Notes under the pieces: generated by a model
The model's input: the letters and a program-made list of their open reading frames with translations, nothing else
Databases searched by the model: none
What the model was told of the DNA's origin: nothing
Shown here: in pieces, positions 24,921-38,741 of the stretch
Layout of the letters: each line of letters begins with the position of its first letter
Position numbering within the stretch: the stretch's first letter is position 1
Translations under genes and position numbers: made by a program
Origin: Magallana gigas
Taxonomy: Eukaryota
Direction of reading: 5' to 3'
Assembly (NCBI RefSeq): GCF_963853765.1
Contig: NC_088858.1
Coordinates: forward strand, 55,118,001 to 55,182,000
DNA: 64,000 nt

Positions 24921-26163
24921 GTTAATTCTTCGACTTTCAATTGTTCGCAAAAAACCCAACTTTTTGAGAGGTGTAAAACCCAAACACCTAAATGACAAAT
25001 CGAAGTAAATCCTTCAGGAAATTGTTTTCTTCCCTCACAAAGTTTCGGTGGTAATATTAATAATAGTTTTTTTTTTTCTGCAACATGCAGATATTAACCC
25101 TTTGTGATGCTCCGCTGATCTATCCGAGTAATTCCCAGTCCGTTTTTTAGCAAATACAATAATGTTATGTCAATCGTGGATATTTACAAAGCAAATGAGA
25201 TGTAAAGATCTGTTTCCATCCCGTTAATTGATTTACGGTAATGGTGGTAGAAACCAATGTCCTTTTATAATAAAACACTGCGGTTCGGCTACAGTGCCAA
25301 CTTTATAAAGGCAAACAAACCAGTAATATTTACTGGTTCACTTTCCAAAGACATCAAATCGCCAGATTAATAGATACATCTAATGTCGTTAAAATCCTGC
25401 CGGTCTTCTCCTGCGTTTTTGATCCCTGTTACGTAATTACTGCCCTGACGTTTTGGAAACCTTACATATTGGGAAAAAACTCGTCCCTGCTTGACAGACC
25501 AAATAAGCTTGACGTGATAAAAGATCGGAACGGTGCCGAATGATGTTCCATGGCGTTCTGGGGCTATCACAATTATCAATCCACATTAACCAAATTAATT
25601 ATTTCATCGCTACTTTGAGGCACTCATACTGTTATCTATCCGTTCTTGCTTTATTTGTCTGTCACAAAAACTTAATGGCAGCTCTTAATTAGAACTTGGA
25701 CACACTTCTCGTAATGACTTCTTTCACAATTCCCAGAGCAGATTGTCGTGTATCTTGCATTATATTAACATTAAACTCATTTAAAGAGGGGGTAACTTTA
25801 CTTCATGCACTGTAAAATATTCCGATCTATATAGGATTTAAAGTTCAATATTCTCTTGCAGTGTCTTAATTACGAATATAAACTAATGAGCTTGGCGCGT
25901 ACACTACGCGTTTCAATAAGAAAACTGTACACATCCAATGTATAAACTTAAGCACCATTCACTGTCAGATGTGTTGTATCTTTTCCAGACCTGAAATAGA
26001 AAATATAAAGTTACAGCTCACCACGCAGTGTCATTTTATTCTGCTAAGACGGGTCAACAAGTATTTTATTTAAAATAAATAGCGAATTAACTGTACATAG
26101 TGTGTAACTTCAGAAATTAATTAGACTTCTACATCGCCGCACCACACCTTAGAAAAAGCTGCA

Positions 26164-26290
26164 GTTGTTTTGTGTTTTGAGATGGACTACCGTAAGTTTA
26201 TTTGTGTTTTGAGATGGACTACCGCAAGTTTATTTGTGTTTTGAGATGGATTACCGTAAGTTGTTTTGTGTTTTGAGATGGACTAAGTTG
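26164..26290. repeat. 32-bp tandem repeat, ~4 copies
   Basis: TGTGTTTTGAGATGGACTACCG recurs at 26171, 26203, 26235 and 26267. Confidence 0.95.
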
Positions 26291-27011
26291 TTGAATACGT
26301 TTATTCTAGGGGCGAGAGTGGTAAACAAGATTTCCCCGTGGCTCTCCTGAGCCAATACTCGAGGTCAACTCAAGATTAATTGGTCCATTTTTCTCAAGTG
26401 ACTTAATTGGTCATCCTATCATTTGAATACCAGGGGGAGGGAGGAGGGCTGAAAAACGTCTGGGAGGGGGTTCCCAGGCTTGCATCGGGTGTGACCGATC
26501 CAGATACTATTGCACGTATCGGTTTGTCACTCCACCTGTCAGTTCATTAAGGGCTGCATTATCTATACTTGGTAAGATATAAGCTAGTCATTGACATTTT
26601 GACTCTTTGAAAAAAATAAGGATTCTGCATGACTTGTTATAGTTACCAAAAATATTTTTAGGGGGTGAGGTGGGTGGATGTAACATCCCACCCCCTAACC
26701 TTAACAATAAATTCCTAAAGAGTCTTAGACACAATTATCTTGTTTATCTTAAGTTTGTGTATTCAAATGAATTCAAATGGATTGGTTGGAGGAGTTTATT
26801 GCACCTGACAGAATGTTTATAAAACAACCAAATAATGAATACCTCTAACATTAAAAAGTATTCTGATACATGAACATAAAACTTCTACCATGTAAATCTT
26901 ACACAAGCCACATGCATCAAATTCCACTTCATTTTAGTGAGTTTTATAACAAACAAAGAATCACAAGGTAAATAAGCTTCTAAATAACATAACAATACTC
27001 ATGATAAATTA

Positions 27012-27229
27012 CTGTAGGTTCCTAATTAAACACCAGGAATTAATTTCCGCATAAAACCGCAAGAAGCACCTGTCGCGGATTTTAAAATCTCGCCATTATT
27101 TTCTAAGAGTTAGGAACTATAAGAAATGAAGAGCAATGTTCCACGTTCGCAATTCTATATTCTGGCAAATTGATACAAACCAGTGGGTTTCGCGTAATTA
27201 AGTACTCGCGTAATATAAGGAATTTACAG
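27012..27229. mobile_element. TA-flanked Tc1/mariner-type MITE family A (other copies 34210-34449, 39881-40094)
   Basis: TA|CTGTA(G/A)(A/G)TTCCTAATT...AGGAATTTACAG|TA. The TA TSD is clean in the 34210 copy; internal sequence is shared. Confidence 0.75.
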
Positions 27230-28046
27230 GAATTAAATGATAAATCCATCATAATAAGGCAAGATATTAAGATCAAGATCTAGAAAATGAGAGATGCCTA
27301 CAGGTTTATGAATTTCAGGACATAATTTCTTTCAAATATGCTTCATAACAACAGCTTTTTTCGATAGGGTGTGCCGGGACTTCAATTTCTGGTTTACACA
27401 ATGAAAAAATCATGTTTTTAACATTCTATTTCTGTATAACATGAAGGAAAATAGTAACAAATCTTAGAGTATGGCCATTTTAGACTAATTAAATACATCT
27501 AGAATGCCTACATTCTAGAATGTCTCTTGATAAACAATTTTAAACGAGCTTTTGACCTCCTCATTAAAGTGATGTAATATTCAATATAGGTATCAGGTAT
27601 CATAAACTTTTCAGTGATTTAATAAAGAATCTGAAGAAACTGTTAAATATTCTACATACATGTAATTCCTTTACAGCCGTTAAGTATAGAAATTTTTTTT
27701 ATCAAATCAATTATGATGTCAAAATGGTTCTTGCACCAAAAAGACACTCTGGAATCATTTACTAGATCTTGACCTTAATTAATGTCCAAAGTAACAATGT
27801 TTTGTTGAGTTAATTTATAACCTAATAAGAAAACAAGAAATCTAAATAAATGATACAAAACACAGGCACAGTACATGTAATAAAGCAATAATGGCCACCT
27901 TTGGGGCATTGGATAATAAAAACATGTATCACATAATCATGACATTGTCCATTATGGTTCTATGAAAAAATACAATTCACAATTGCGCAGAGTATAACAA
28001 TATAATAAAAAAAGATACAGTCAAGTCTTTTGCCAGTTTCCTCTTT

Positions 28047-29323
28047 TCAATCAGTCTGAGATTCAATCGATTCTTTGGGATGGTGTTGGAAATACTTGTC
28101 ACTCTCTGCAGCAAACACAATCAGGATCATCACATAGAGCAAGGCATGGACAATGGCAGAGAGAGTCTGGAGGGCCACAAATCCCCCAGACATTCCCACC
28201 TTGTCCCTCAGGTATATCAGGTTGTACACAAACAGATAGGTCCCCCACAGAACATTGACCCCAGCCAAGAACATGGCCGCTGTGGAAAGTAAACAACAAC
28301 AATCAGTTACACATAAGCTTGTCAATCTTACGTTTCTTTAATAAGTATCATTTATCTGATAAAAAATATGAGCTTTCTATCTAAGATATTTAATCTGTAT
28401 TAAATTCCTACTCAACTTGATAAATTATAGAGAACCAATAACTTGGGAAAATGTTAATTCATTCATCTCAATATTGATTCACCTTTAAAAGATCTCTAGA
28501 TTGAGAAAAAACATCAGTAATGTTATGATTGACTTCTTCAATGTCTTATTACATAGTACATGTACATCAATTTTTTTTGTTCTGTGTTCAAAGGTTTAAT
28601 ACTTCAGGGGTTTCTACACATAATAATGTACAATGTGGCTGCTCTACTTACAGTACCCGGCTAGCTCTGCCACGACCGAATGACCTTTGTACAGCATTCC
28701 GACCCCCACCCCTGTCATCAGGTAAGAGTTCCGGCACCACGACAGGTAGCCTGGATAGAAAGAGGATAAACAGCATCGATCAATGAAGCTGCTTTCAATT
28801 TCGTAAGAAAGTATATCATTTATCATTTGTGTACATGGCAAATACACAAACAGGAAACATTGTCAATTCAACAAAAAATTGCTCTTGCTTACAGTCACAG
28901 AAATATTGAAAATAGATATAGAACTTTAGCTTATAATTCTGCTGTATTTAAATCCTTGAATTAATGATACTCACCATTTTCATTAGCAAGTCGGCATGCC
29001 TGATAATAAATGAAACAAATCATATATTGATGTGTATGATCATCGTAGATTAAAGAGCAAGAACTGAACACGTACAGGGATACGTCTCTACATACCCAGG
29101 CTGAATTCTCTATGGCTTCTGATGACATTTTGTTGTTTATGTAGATGTAGCCTTTGTCTTTGGAGTCTGGGTTTGTACACATAATTCTATAGCTCTGGTT
29201 CTGTGTTCTTACTCTTGACAACATAACTGTTGAATGCTCTGTGGCTGTATGGTGAGATGTCAGAAAACTCCCTAATGACACACACTGTCGTATTGTCTGT
29301 AGACTTCTTAGTGTTCTTGCCAT
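28047..29323 (-). CDS. TMEM160: Transmembrane protein 160 homologue (mitochondrial), 194 aa
   Basis: Exons 29323-29096, 28999-28975 (25 nt), 28750-28652 and 28279-28047, with consistent phases. N-terminus is Arg/Ser/Thr-rich like a presequence. NSAWACRLANENGYLSWCRNSYLMTGVGV aligns with recalled TMEM160 ADAWLLRKAHETAFLSWFRNGLLASGIGV. Confidence 0.8.
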
Positions 29324-29434
29324 GGTTTCAAGAAACAGGAGTAAGCAATTTACTCGTCCAGATCTCACCTAGGTCATAAAAAAATCCACAAAGATTTTGA
29401 AAACTAGTGAAAAGGATGAACAATCGCAATGTAC

Positions 29435-29722
29435 CTTGGATTAACAGTTTAACCAATTAACATATAGGCTAAACGGTTGGGTTATACGTGTTGCAGAACC
29501 CGAAACAAGAAAACAATGCTAAATTGGTTATCATAAGGAAAATAACTAATTTATCAATGATGCATAGATTAACAAGCTATCTTCATTAAATACCTGTCTG
29601 ACATCAAAAATATACCAAATTTCAGTCCACAACGCAAATCGGATATACGGAGGCGATAGATAAAAGTAAAAACCAAGCCGTTGTTTGTTTACAAAGGGTG
29701 TGCGGGTTACATGTAGAATGAG
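29435..29722. promoter_or_regulatory. Putative bidirectional promoter / 5'UTR exons of TMEM160 (-) and SELENOL (+)
   Basis: Oppositely oriented donors at 29434 (minus, AAG|GTACAT) and 29723 (plus, GAG|GTATGT), with acceptors at 29369 and 30392. Inference only. Confidence 0.45.
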
Positions 29723-30434
29723 GTATGTTGAATGCGTGTAAAGATTTGTTCGTCATTTATATACACGTCCATAAAATCCATAATGCTCTTGGTATAGAAA
29801 TGAATGTTACTTTTATAAGTGTAAATAATGTGATTTCACATCAGAATATGTGCATGCCAGCATGCTATAACTTATTCTCTTTTGAGAAGTGGATGTAGGC
29901 TATGCCTGTCCACTTCTCAAAAGAGAATAGCTATAACTGTGATGAAGTTGGCTACTGAGGTATTTTACTTAGTGTTATTTGCTTGTTTATCAGTTAACTG
30001 CAGACATCCAAGAATTCATTTCAATCAATGCTAATTATTAATGAGGCCTAAATTAGTACATTGTAAATTTGCAATAAGACATAAAAGATTTATTTTTGCA
30101 TAAGCAACAAATATATTTTTCATTTCCAATTTCTTTATTGTGAAAGACAGACATTTTCCACACAAGCACTTAGCCTTAAAAGCATTTCATTTTAATATAA
30201 GTGGATTAATTATTTTCTACAAGTAGATCCAACTGCATGTTGATAATCACAGCTTAATTTATAACTTACAATGTACATGTATGTAACATAATCTCTTTAT
30301 AGGTTAATATATATATATAGATGACAATCATGACACCAAGCAAAGGTTTTTTTTTCGTTCTAGAATTAAAGGTTAATAAGAATTCCTGTCAGAAACATTT
30401 GGGCCATTTGTGAAGTCCACACACAGACAGACAG

Positions 30435-33400
30435 ATGGAGGAACTGAAACAAGCACTGACAGACATACAGACAACAGAGAGTAGCCTTATAGGGTATCTC
30501 AACGATGTCCTCAATGGTAAGAGATGTCCACAACGTCCACAGTTTATGACATGCATGATTTAACTCGAGTTCCTCTAGCCAATAGTTAATTAAAATACAT
30601 TGTTACATTGTACACTTCACTTTGACCTTTACTGCATGAACAACTAGGGTTGTGGAGTTGAGTATGGATAAACATGTGGCTTAAATGGGAAGATGAATTT
30701 TATATAAACATGTAGATATCAAATTAATATATAGATTCTTATCATAGAATGAAAGGTTAATATTTATTACAAGTGTTGTGAAATGTAAATGTACTAGATA
30801 TCTTGGTACAACCTTTGACCCTGCTCCATACATTACCCTGCTCCATACATTACCTGGAGCTTCAGCATGACTACATCCATCTAACTTATCAGAGTCTATT
30901 CTATATTTAAATATACCTATTTTGTTTGTTATATCTACCCCTGTTTGTTGCATGTACCCATGATTTCTTTATTCTTCACAAGGTATGGCTGTATATATAT
31001 ATGTATGCATTGTATTTGTGTACCATGTTGACCATCTAATATCAATTACAGTAAAACACGGTTATAGCGAACACACTTAAAATGTATTGGTGCTTACAGC
31101 GAAGTGATTTTCATTCCCCATGACTGTATAATATGTTGTAAACTTAACGGAGTTAACGAATTTTGCTTATAGCAAAGTAAAATCACTTGTCCCTGGCACT
31201 TCGTTATAAGCGTGTTTTACTGTACACGGCATTTATCACTGACTACTTGTAGAGCCTGATGGTGTGTCCCAGTTAATGGATGGAAGAATCGGAAGGCTGT
31301 TTGAGATGGCCAAGTGCTACAAGTCTGCATTTGACAGGTAAAGACAATATTGGTGTTTACTAGGCTAGTAATGCAAATTTTGCTTGTAAACATGTTAAAA
31401 AATTATAACATATTTTTACTAAATATGTACCTTTGAGTATTTATTTTAACCTTGCAATGAAATTTTGAAATTGCTTTGACAGATTGAAGGTAACATCAAG
31501 AGCTGAGTTTCAAGAGCACATCAAGAGAGGTTACAGGTACGCAGAGAATTTATTTCCTCTTTCTTCGTCAAATGAGATCGAAAGACTAGCTTAATCAGGA
31601 TGATAAAGAAAGTGACAGCTAGTGTTAAAACAGAAGAACTGAAGGTTGGAAAAAAATATGATGGAAATAAAAGCTAGATCGAGAAATTCTGAATTCATCA
31701 ATCCAGGTCTTTTCATCGATTCTTTAATAAATGTTCGTTTTCAATGAAATATATAGTGAAAAAAAAAGAAAAAAAATGACTTTCTTTGGCACCTGAGTGT
31801 ACATGTTCTGTATGTATTATATATTATGCAGAGTACATATACCATGTAAATATGCTATATATTATACAAGGTACAGTTGTCAGTAGTTAAATGTACTTGG
31901 GACTGTATCAGGATCGACAGAGCTGTCTGCCAGTCAGTAAATTAATATTTATAAGTTTCTTATTGTACAAGGTTTAATTTGTAAACAATGATGTGTTTAT
32001 ACATGTAAGTTAAAAGAGCTTCCTGTCTGAATAAATGAACTGGCTAGTCTTTAACTGATAGCGGACATGGATATTTCACTCAATGAGTCATGTATCCGCA
32101 AGTCCTTGCAAGAAGCTGTTGTTATCTGAAAAAAAATTACATAAGTTATCACAATCATATGCATGGGAGATTCTTTTGATCACAATCTGCCCCAATTAGT
32201 TCTTTAGCTCTCTATTCTTTTTCTATTGATGGGCCTCAAGTTGCAGAGACCTAACGTCATTTCAACAGCAATGCCTAAATTTAATTGTGATGTCATCTGA
32301 GATAGCTACTTTTTTTTCATAAATTACGTGTTGTAACAGACACAGTGTGTACACCTTAAAAGTTCATATCCCCCCCCCTCCCAACATGCACATATTGAAT
32401 TAATAAAACTACATAACTTTTTAAGTGAGTTCGTTTTTTTTTCCTCTCTATTAATCAGCTTACCCTGGTCCTTTCTTGAATCAAACAAAAGAGACAACTC
32501 TTCAAACCATGTTCCAAAGTACTGTTTTCACTGTATAACCACAATATTGATAATTATATTGCTGTTAATGTCTTAAACTCTTTGAATTTGCAGTGATCAA
32601 TCAGCATATATCACAAAACGTGCTTATAACATGCAACTAAAGATAAATACAGCAGATGCAACTCGATCATATAATCTAATTAAATTCTCTTGACTTTATG
32701 TCTTATTTTATTAGATATGCAGAAATACGAGATCTAGATGAAGACATTGTGAATTTAGAGGTAATTTTTAAAAGTAATTCTTTTATCTATCATTCATTTC
32801 ATCAAATATTATATTTCTTTCTTTCTGTGTTTCTATTGATGACCTATCACCTATCACCTAAATTAGTTCCATATTGAATCATTTCAGTAATTCACTTCTT
32901 TGATCATTTTGATTTATGTACAGTTCTAATGACATTAATTAAATTACTGGGTTTTTTTGACAGGAAGAATGGGATGGGATATTACAGAGAATTGACCAAT
33001 CACTGAAGGAGGATGACACAGGTGTTGAGCTGGGAGACACAGGACCAGTAAATGTCATGTTGACTGATGCTAGAACCGGGCAGGAGACCAGTTTAACGGA
33101 GTATCTAGGTCACCAGAGCCTCGTTTTGGTGCTTTTAAGGCATTTCGCCTGACTTCCATGACGACAGCACATTGAACAAGTTGAAAAATCAGAGGTGTGA
33201 TGTAAAACTTATGGTTGCTCAATTATAAGTAAATCTCACAATCTAACTTAAAGGGGAATTTGTATATAATGAGATCACACTTCAATTAAAGAAAAATTTA
33301 GTAAGAACAAATACTCAAGCATTAAATCTGTAGGACATGAAGTATGCAATGTATGAATAAATTTAACCCCCCTCTTAAACAAAAAAAATTGTTTATATAG

Positions 33401-36400
33401 TAGCCATGTTTTGAAGTACATGTAAATGATTTAGGAGCAGATATCAGATTCAGGCGGTCAGGCAATAGTAGTGTCTTTTGGTGACCAAAAAGGGGCACAG
33501 CAGTGGCTAGTAGAGACCTCCTGTCCATTCCCCATGCTCCTGGACTCACAGAGAAAGGTAGAGAAGTTCTGAATGATTAATTAACATATGTTAGTAAGGA
33601 CCTTCTTTTTATAAGGATTATAATCTGTAGAAGCTATTTAACAAGACCAGGGAATTTTGGTAGCCTAAGGATGTAACTATCTTTTTCTTGCGCCAAAGCA
33701 AGTTAAAAATAACTCTGGTTTCAAGTGAAATATACACAGATTATGTAGTCTTTTAAAATTAGCTCAAAAGCTAGCCGAATCATGTTAATTTCAAAGAGCA
33801 ATGGCTGAGTGGCCAGCAATGAAATAGACAGGCCTACATCACAATGCTGTTTGACACAACTATCCAAAGTCCAAGCTCCTGTTAAAATGGTTCTAATTTG
33901 TTACTGGTTCTCGGTTGGAACAATAATGGCAGTTTGTACCATCATTGAACAGTTAAAATATGTCTGTGAATTTTAACACAGTTTTTAGACCTTGTTTCCA
34001 TTCCTTTAGACATAATTTTAAGGTTTGCAATATGTCAGTTATGTACATGTATGTTTTAACTTGTTACTAGGTGTATACTGCATTTGGTTTGCATCGTTCT
34101 GTCAGCAAAGTAAGTATGCCTCATTATTTTCTATCATTGCCTCAAGTCTCTTCATAATTTTATAGAAGTACAAAAGAGGCCTAAATAAGACTTTGTTCCA
34201 GCATGCATACTGTAAATTCCTAATTCTAAAACGTGAGGAATTATTAATATTATCCGTGTAAAATTGCGAGAAGCACCCTTCGCAGATTTTAAAATCTCGC
34301 CATTATTTTTTGAGAGTTGAAAACAATAAGAAATAAAGAAAGAAGTTCTGCGTTTGCAATTTTATATTCTCCCGATTTGATACAAAATAGCAGGATCGCA
34401 GAATTAAATACATGTAGGTCCCTACTTGCGTAATGTAAGGAATTTACAGTAGTTTACTGGTTCATTCCTGTGAGAATATTCTAAAGCTTTGACCACAATT
34501 AATTCACCTTCAAGTTGGTGGAAAATATCTATTATAATATATGTCCTCAATTTATGTTTAATTAAAATAATTGCTTGGCATTATTGTTTGATAAACATTT
34601 ATACTGAACAGGTTTGGGGAGTAGAAGAGATGGTTTACTATGCAGAGTCAATGGCCAAGAACATTCCGTTACCCAAACCCTCTCAGTACGTCAATGATGA
34701 CCCGCAGCAGGTAGATTAATTTAAGTCCTGGAGATCAAGCCCAAGGTTTCTTCATCCAGTCACAAATTAAATATCTAAGATATTTGTATTCTTATTTTTT
34801 CTCAGATGGGTGGAGATTTCATCATTGACAAAGATGGAGTTGTACAATACATGTACTGTAGTAAGAAGTCCATGGATAGACCGTCTGTACAAGATATTAT
34901 AGACAATTTGAAGGTATGCAGTGTCTGTCTTAACTGTAATCTCCTGTTTGTAGAGTTTAATCAGTAAGGGCCTAAGGGGGACTATACTATTGTTTTATGC
35001 ATAGATAATGCACTGACAATCTACATCATTCTTTGTGTGGCGATTGATTGATTATAATTTAGATTAAGTCCAGCGTAAAACATGCTTTTTTTTAATTTGC
35101 CAAACCACCCCCTTCTTACTTTGAGGCTGAGTATCAGAGAACCTTAAGTTATTAATATTAACACTTTCTAATAAACAATGTACTGTACACAGGGTTATCC
35201 CCCCCACCCCCATGTGTATGTGCTGCTACTTTACACTTGCAAAAGGTTTCACCCTCACACAGTTTTGTGGTAGATACTTACTCTTTCTTTTTAACACAGT
35301 AATTAAAACTTGTTTTGAATTTGCTCAGTCTTTAAAAGGCCTGCGAATGATAGCATATATTGTTTAGCCGCCTAACTAAAAGTCATTTTTTTGAAAGTTG
35401 TCTAATTAAAGTTATTTTTTTATAATAATGTAAACATTTATGTATATTTTCATTAAATATAAATGATTTGGTCAAACAAAGAGAGAAAACTTTTTATTTT
35501 GGGTTAAAATAGCGAATTTCATAATAGAAAATAACGGAAAACAGAAATGTTTTTTAAAACATCTCCAACCCCTCCCCCCCACCGGGAAACAAATATTCCT
35601 TTTGAGGGGTTTTAATTATTGTTATTTAGCATATTTTTACCAAAGGGTTTGTTATTTCACGGGGGGAAACATATGTCTACAGACCGAAATACATTCCAAA
35701 AAAAGAATTTTGCTTTGTAAATTTGTGAAAAATAATTAACAGATATGAATTAAATGACAGAACTATATATGATATGAGTTGAATTTTGCCCCCATAATTC
35801 GCCATTTTTAAAGTGTTTCGGGTATATTAAAATATTATGTTATTTTTTAGTCTAGAGGAGTTGATATTAAATATATTTTTCACCGATTTATTTGCACTCA
35901 TTTGCAGCATATGACGTCAGAAGTGACGCTTTTTCTATAATTCAATCAAAATCAGTCAAAAATTGACATTTTTCTTACCTTTAAACGAATGGGAAATATA
36001 GAGCGCATGCTTGAACAAGGAAAATTTGTATGTCAGTTATTAGTCTTGGCTGGTTACATCTCTGATTAAAATATGTTGTTTGTTCAAGCGTGCGCTCTAT
36101 GTTTTTTGAAAGAAAAACTGCTTGAAAACAAGCTGTTTTATGCTAAAAATGCATAAATGGCGGGAAAAGACTGTCTTCATGATACCATATTTCTAAATTG
36201 TGGGCACTTGAATCAAAATGAACATAATGTATAAACATCACATATATATCTGTACAAAGAAAACAAAGATTTACAGTAAAATGATGATGTTCATTTTAGG
36301 GGGCCATTTTAGGCCCTTATCATATATAGTCCTTTACTTTAATATATACCGGGTAATTATATGTTATTAAGTTTTTATGCACATATTGGCTGCTAAATGA

Positions 36401-36728
36401 TATTTTCCTCACTCATAGAGACCGATTTCAATGAAATTTTTTTAAGACCCCGCGTTAGCAAAACTTTTGTTTAAAAATAATTTTTTTGATTACAAATTTT
36501 ATTTTGATATAAATTGATTAGGATTTGATTTTACTTTTTTAATTAGTAGAAAAGTTAGTTTTTGAATATCTGACAGCAATTCTGAAATATTTGGATGTAA
36601 AATGTAGGCGGGACAAGGAGGTTGCTGACAAGGAGGGCCAAGGAGTGAAAATAAAATGGGAGCGAATGTTTCCCTGTATGTATAGTATATTATGATTTCA
36701 TTCTTTTTTTTTGCAGAAACTCCAATGA
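30435..36728 (+). CDS. SELENOL: Selenoprotein L (thioredoxin-like fold, UxxU motif), ~290 aa
   Basis: Exons 30435-30516, 31253-31337, 31483-31536, 32715-32760, 32964-33194, 33441(or 33435)-33557, 34071-34109, 34612-34710, 34806-34913 and 36717-36728, all phase-consistent. VLLRHFA-TGA(33150)-LP-TGA(33159)-RQH, followed by VVSFG, LLDSQRK-VYTAFGL and DDPQQMGGDFIID...DRPSV, all typical of SelL. A SECIS lies downstream. Confidence 0.93.
31049..31222. mobile_element. TA-flanked Tc1/mariner(pogo)-type MITE family B (other copies 41741-41923, 46775-46915)
   Basis: TA|CAGTAAAACACGGTTATAGCGAA...TTCGTTATAAGCGTGTTTTACTG|TA; three copies in the window. Confidence 0.85.
35759..36333. mobile_element. Non-autonomous DNA transposon with imperfect TIRs
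   Basis: AGAACTATATATGATATGAG...GCCCCC versus the reverse complement of the right end AGGACTATATATGATAAGGG...GCCCCC. No clean TSD. Confidence 0.5.
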
Positions 36729-36745
36729 AAAGACCTTCATTTCCA

Positions 36746-36801
36746 GTAGTGATGAAAAGCTAAACTGAAAACTCGTGAAAGTTTAGTTTGGAGGGTGCTA
36801 C
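36746..36801 (+). promoter_or_regulatory. SECIS element in the SELENOL 3'UTR
   Basis: Helix I GTAGT/GCTAC; A-UGAA / GGAG non-Watson-Crick quartet; 10-bp helix II AAGCTAAACT/AGTTTAGTTT; apical AAA. Confidence 0.9.
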
Positions 36802-38256
36802 GAAAATGGTGTTTTTACATTGGAAACATTTTAAATTTACTAGTATGTATCTAGTGGGTAGTTTAATAGATTTGATTGATCAGCAGGTTTGAAATATGTC
36901 TTTCATATTGTTATCATATTGTTATGTTCCATTTAGTGATTATCTTCAACTCTCTCTACATATATTTATAGGTAATTGAATTCTGTTATTCATATCCATA
37001 TTCCCAAATACATTAAAGTTTGTACAAATAATTTTCCAATTGCAATTATTTGTGTTTCTCAATGCACTATTGCTAAAAATGTTTATGTATGGTTATTTAC
37101 TGAATGTTGGGTATGTCAATTAACTTTTGAATTTTAGAATGAACTCTAAAAAAAAATTGTCATTTGTTTTTTCATACGAAAACATGTATCATAATAAAAA
37201 ATATTATTACCAAATCAAGCATTTATTATTTGTGTTGACATCTAATGTGCATCATCTAAAACCCTAGAACTCCATCTAGACCAGTTATTCTTTTCTCTTT
37301 ATCACCCCTGCGAATGTGTTCGGAATGTTTTCTTTATCGTTGCTAAGTATGTAATAATTTATAAATCTAGAGTTGCTTGAATGAAAGTTCACGAGAATTG
37401 TTCAGTTCCTGTGAAATTTGGAGCGGAAGTGTAAGTGTTCGGATAATATACTCAAATTATGTGAGTACTGATCGTTTTTCATATCATAACCTACTTTGAT
37501 TTATGTTAGAACATTAAATTCTTTCAAGATACATTGTATATGTCTTTATCGTCTAGTGGTTATTTAAACTAAACGATAATATTCAAAACAGTTATCATTC
37601 GTGTTTAACCACTCTACACGTGGTTGAAAATATAAACATTGGGTTGCTTTATAAAATCATAGCCATGTTTAATGCTTTTGGTGTGCAATACCGTGATTTT
37701 TAAAAAAGAATGGGTTTCTGTTTTGTATAAAAAAACTAGTATATATCAAGCCATTTTCAAGAAACATTCTGCATAGAATAGTATAGTCTGTTTCACTATT
37801 GATGCTTTTACTAGGTCAGGCGCGGATCGAATATTAATCCGTTGGGGGGGAGGGGGGGTACTACTAAGCATGTTTATTGTTGCAACAGCAGAAAAAACCT
37901 AAAAAACCTATAATTTTATTGTTACATTTATTTCTAGAACTCATTTTATCCACAAATTAATGAAGATATAAAGTTTAAAATCAATAAACTTTTAGATTCT
38001 ATATTTGACTTCAAAAACCTAGTTTTGATGACATACCTGTTCTAAAATACATGTACAGTATATAATTTTTTAACTTCAATTTTTAAATGTTAAGAAATTT
38101 CTCAATTACCCAACACATCTCGCTTCTTCATTCATAAAATCAATATTGATTTTGAATTTTTCAAGTTAAGTAATTTCAAATTAATATAACTTAAAAAGTG
38201 GATTAAGGAGACCTCTACCCTCTACAAAATGTTTATGAGGTGGCTTTATAACTTAA

Positions 38257-38741
38257 GGTATCCGATCCATAATAGCCCATGTTCAATGAATCGGGGTGCA
38301 TGACAGATATGTATAGGCTTATAATACTCAGTATACTTGGACATACTTTTTATGTTAAAATTATCAGTATGTAAGAGTAGAATGTGTCCTAATTGACCTT
38401 TTCCTGTTATCGAAGAGTTGCCTTCCTTTGCTTTTAATCTATAAAATTCAATTAAAAAAAAAACTATATGGTATAAAATTTGTTTTAAATATTTTTCCTA
38501 TTTCTAATAATTAAATGCATATTTCCACCTGAGCATTTATTGATACTCTTAGTATTTACTTTTTTATTTAAAAAATGTGATTGTCCCCATGGACCTTAAA
38601 ACAATTTTAATTAATATTTTTGAAAATTTCTCTAGGTTAATCTTTTTCTACTCTGAAGTGCTTTGAATTGATATAAGAGTATTTAATATATGATTGATAT
38701 TCAAGGTTAGAATAATTGGGTCCTAATATGGGTCGGATACC
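38257..38741. mobile_element. TTAA-inserting MITE (Kolobok-like GG...CC termini)
   Basis: TTAA|GGTATCCGATCCATAATAG...CTAATATGGGTCGGATACC|TTAA. Confidence 0.8.

Noticed and set aside
24921-24998. N-terminal extension MSFRCLGF... of GRL3
   Set aside because: It is not shared with the paralogues; starting at 24920 gives exactly the GRL2 exon length.
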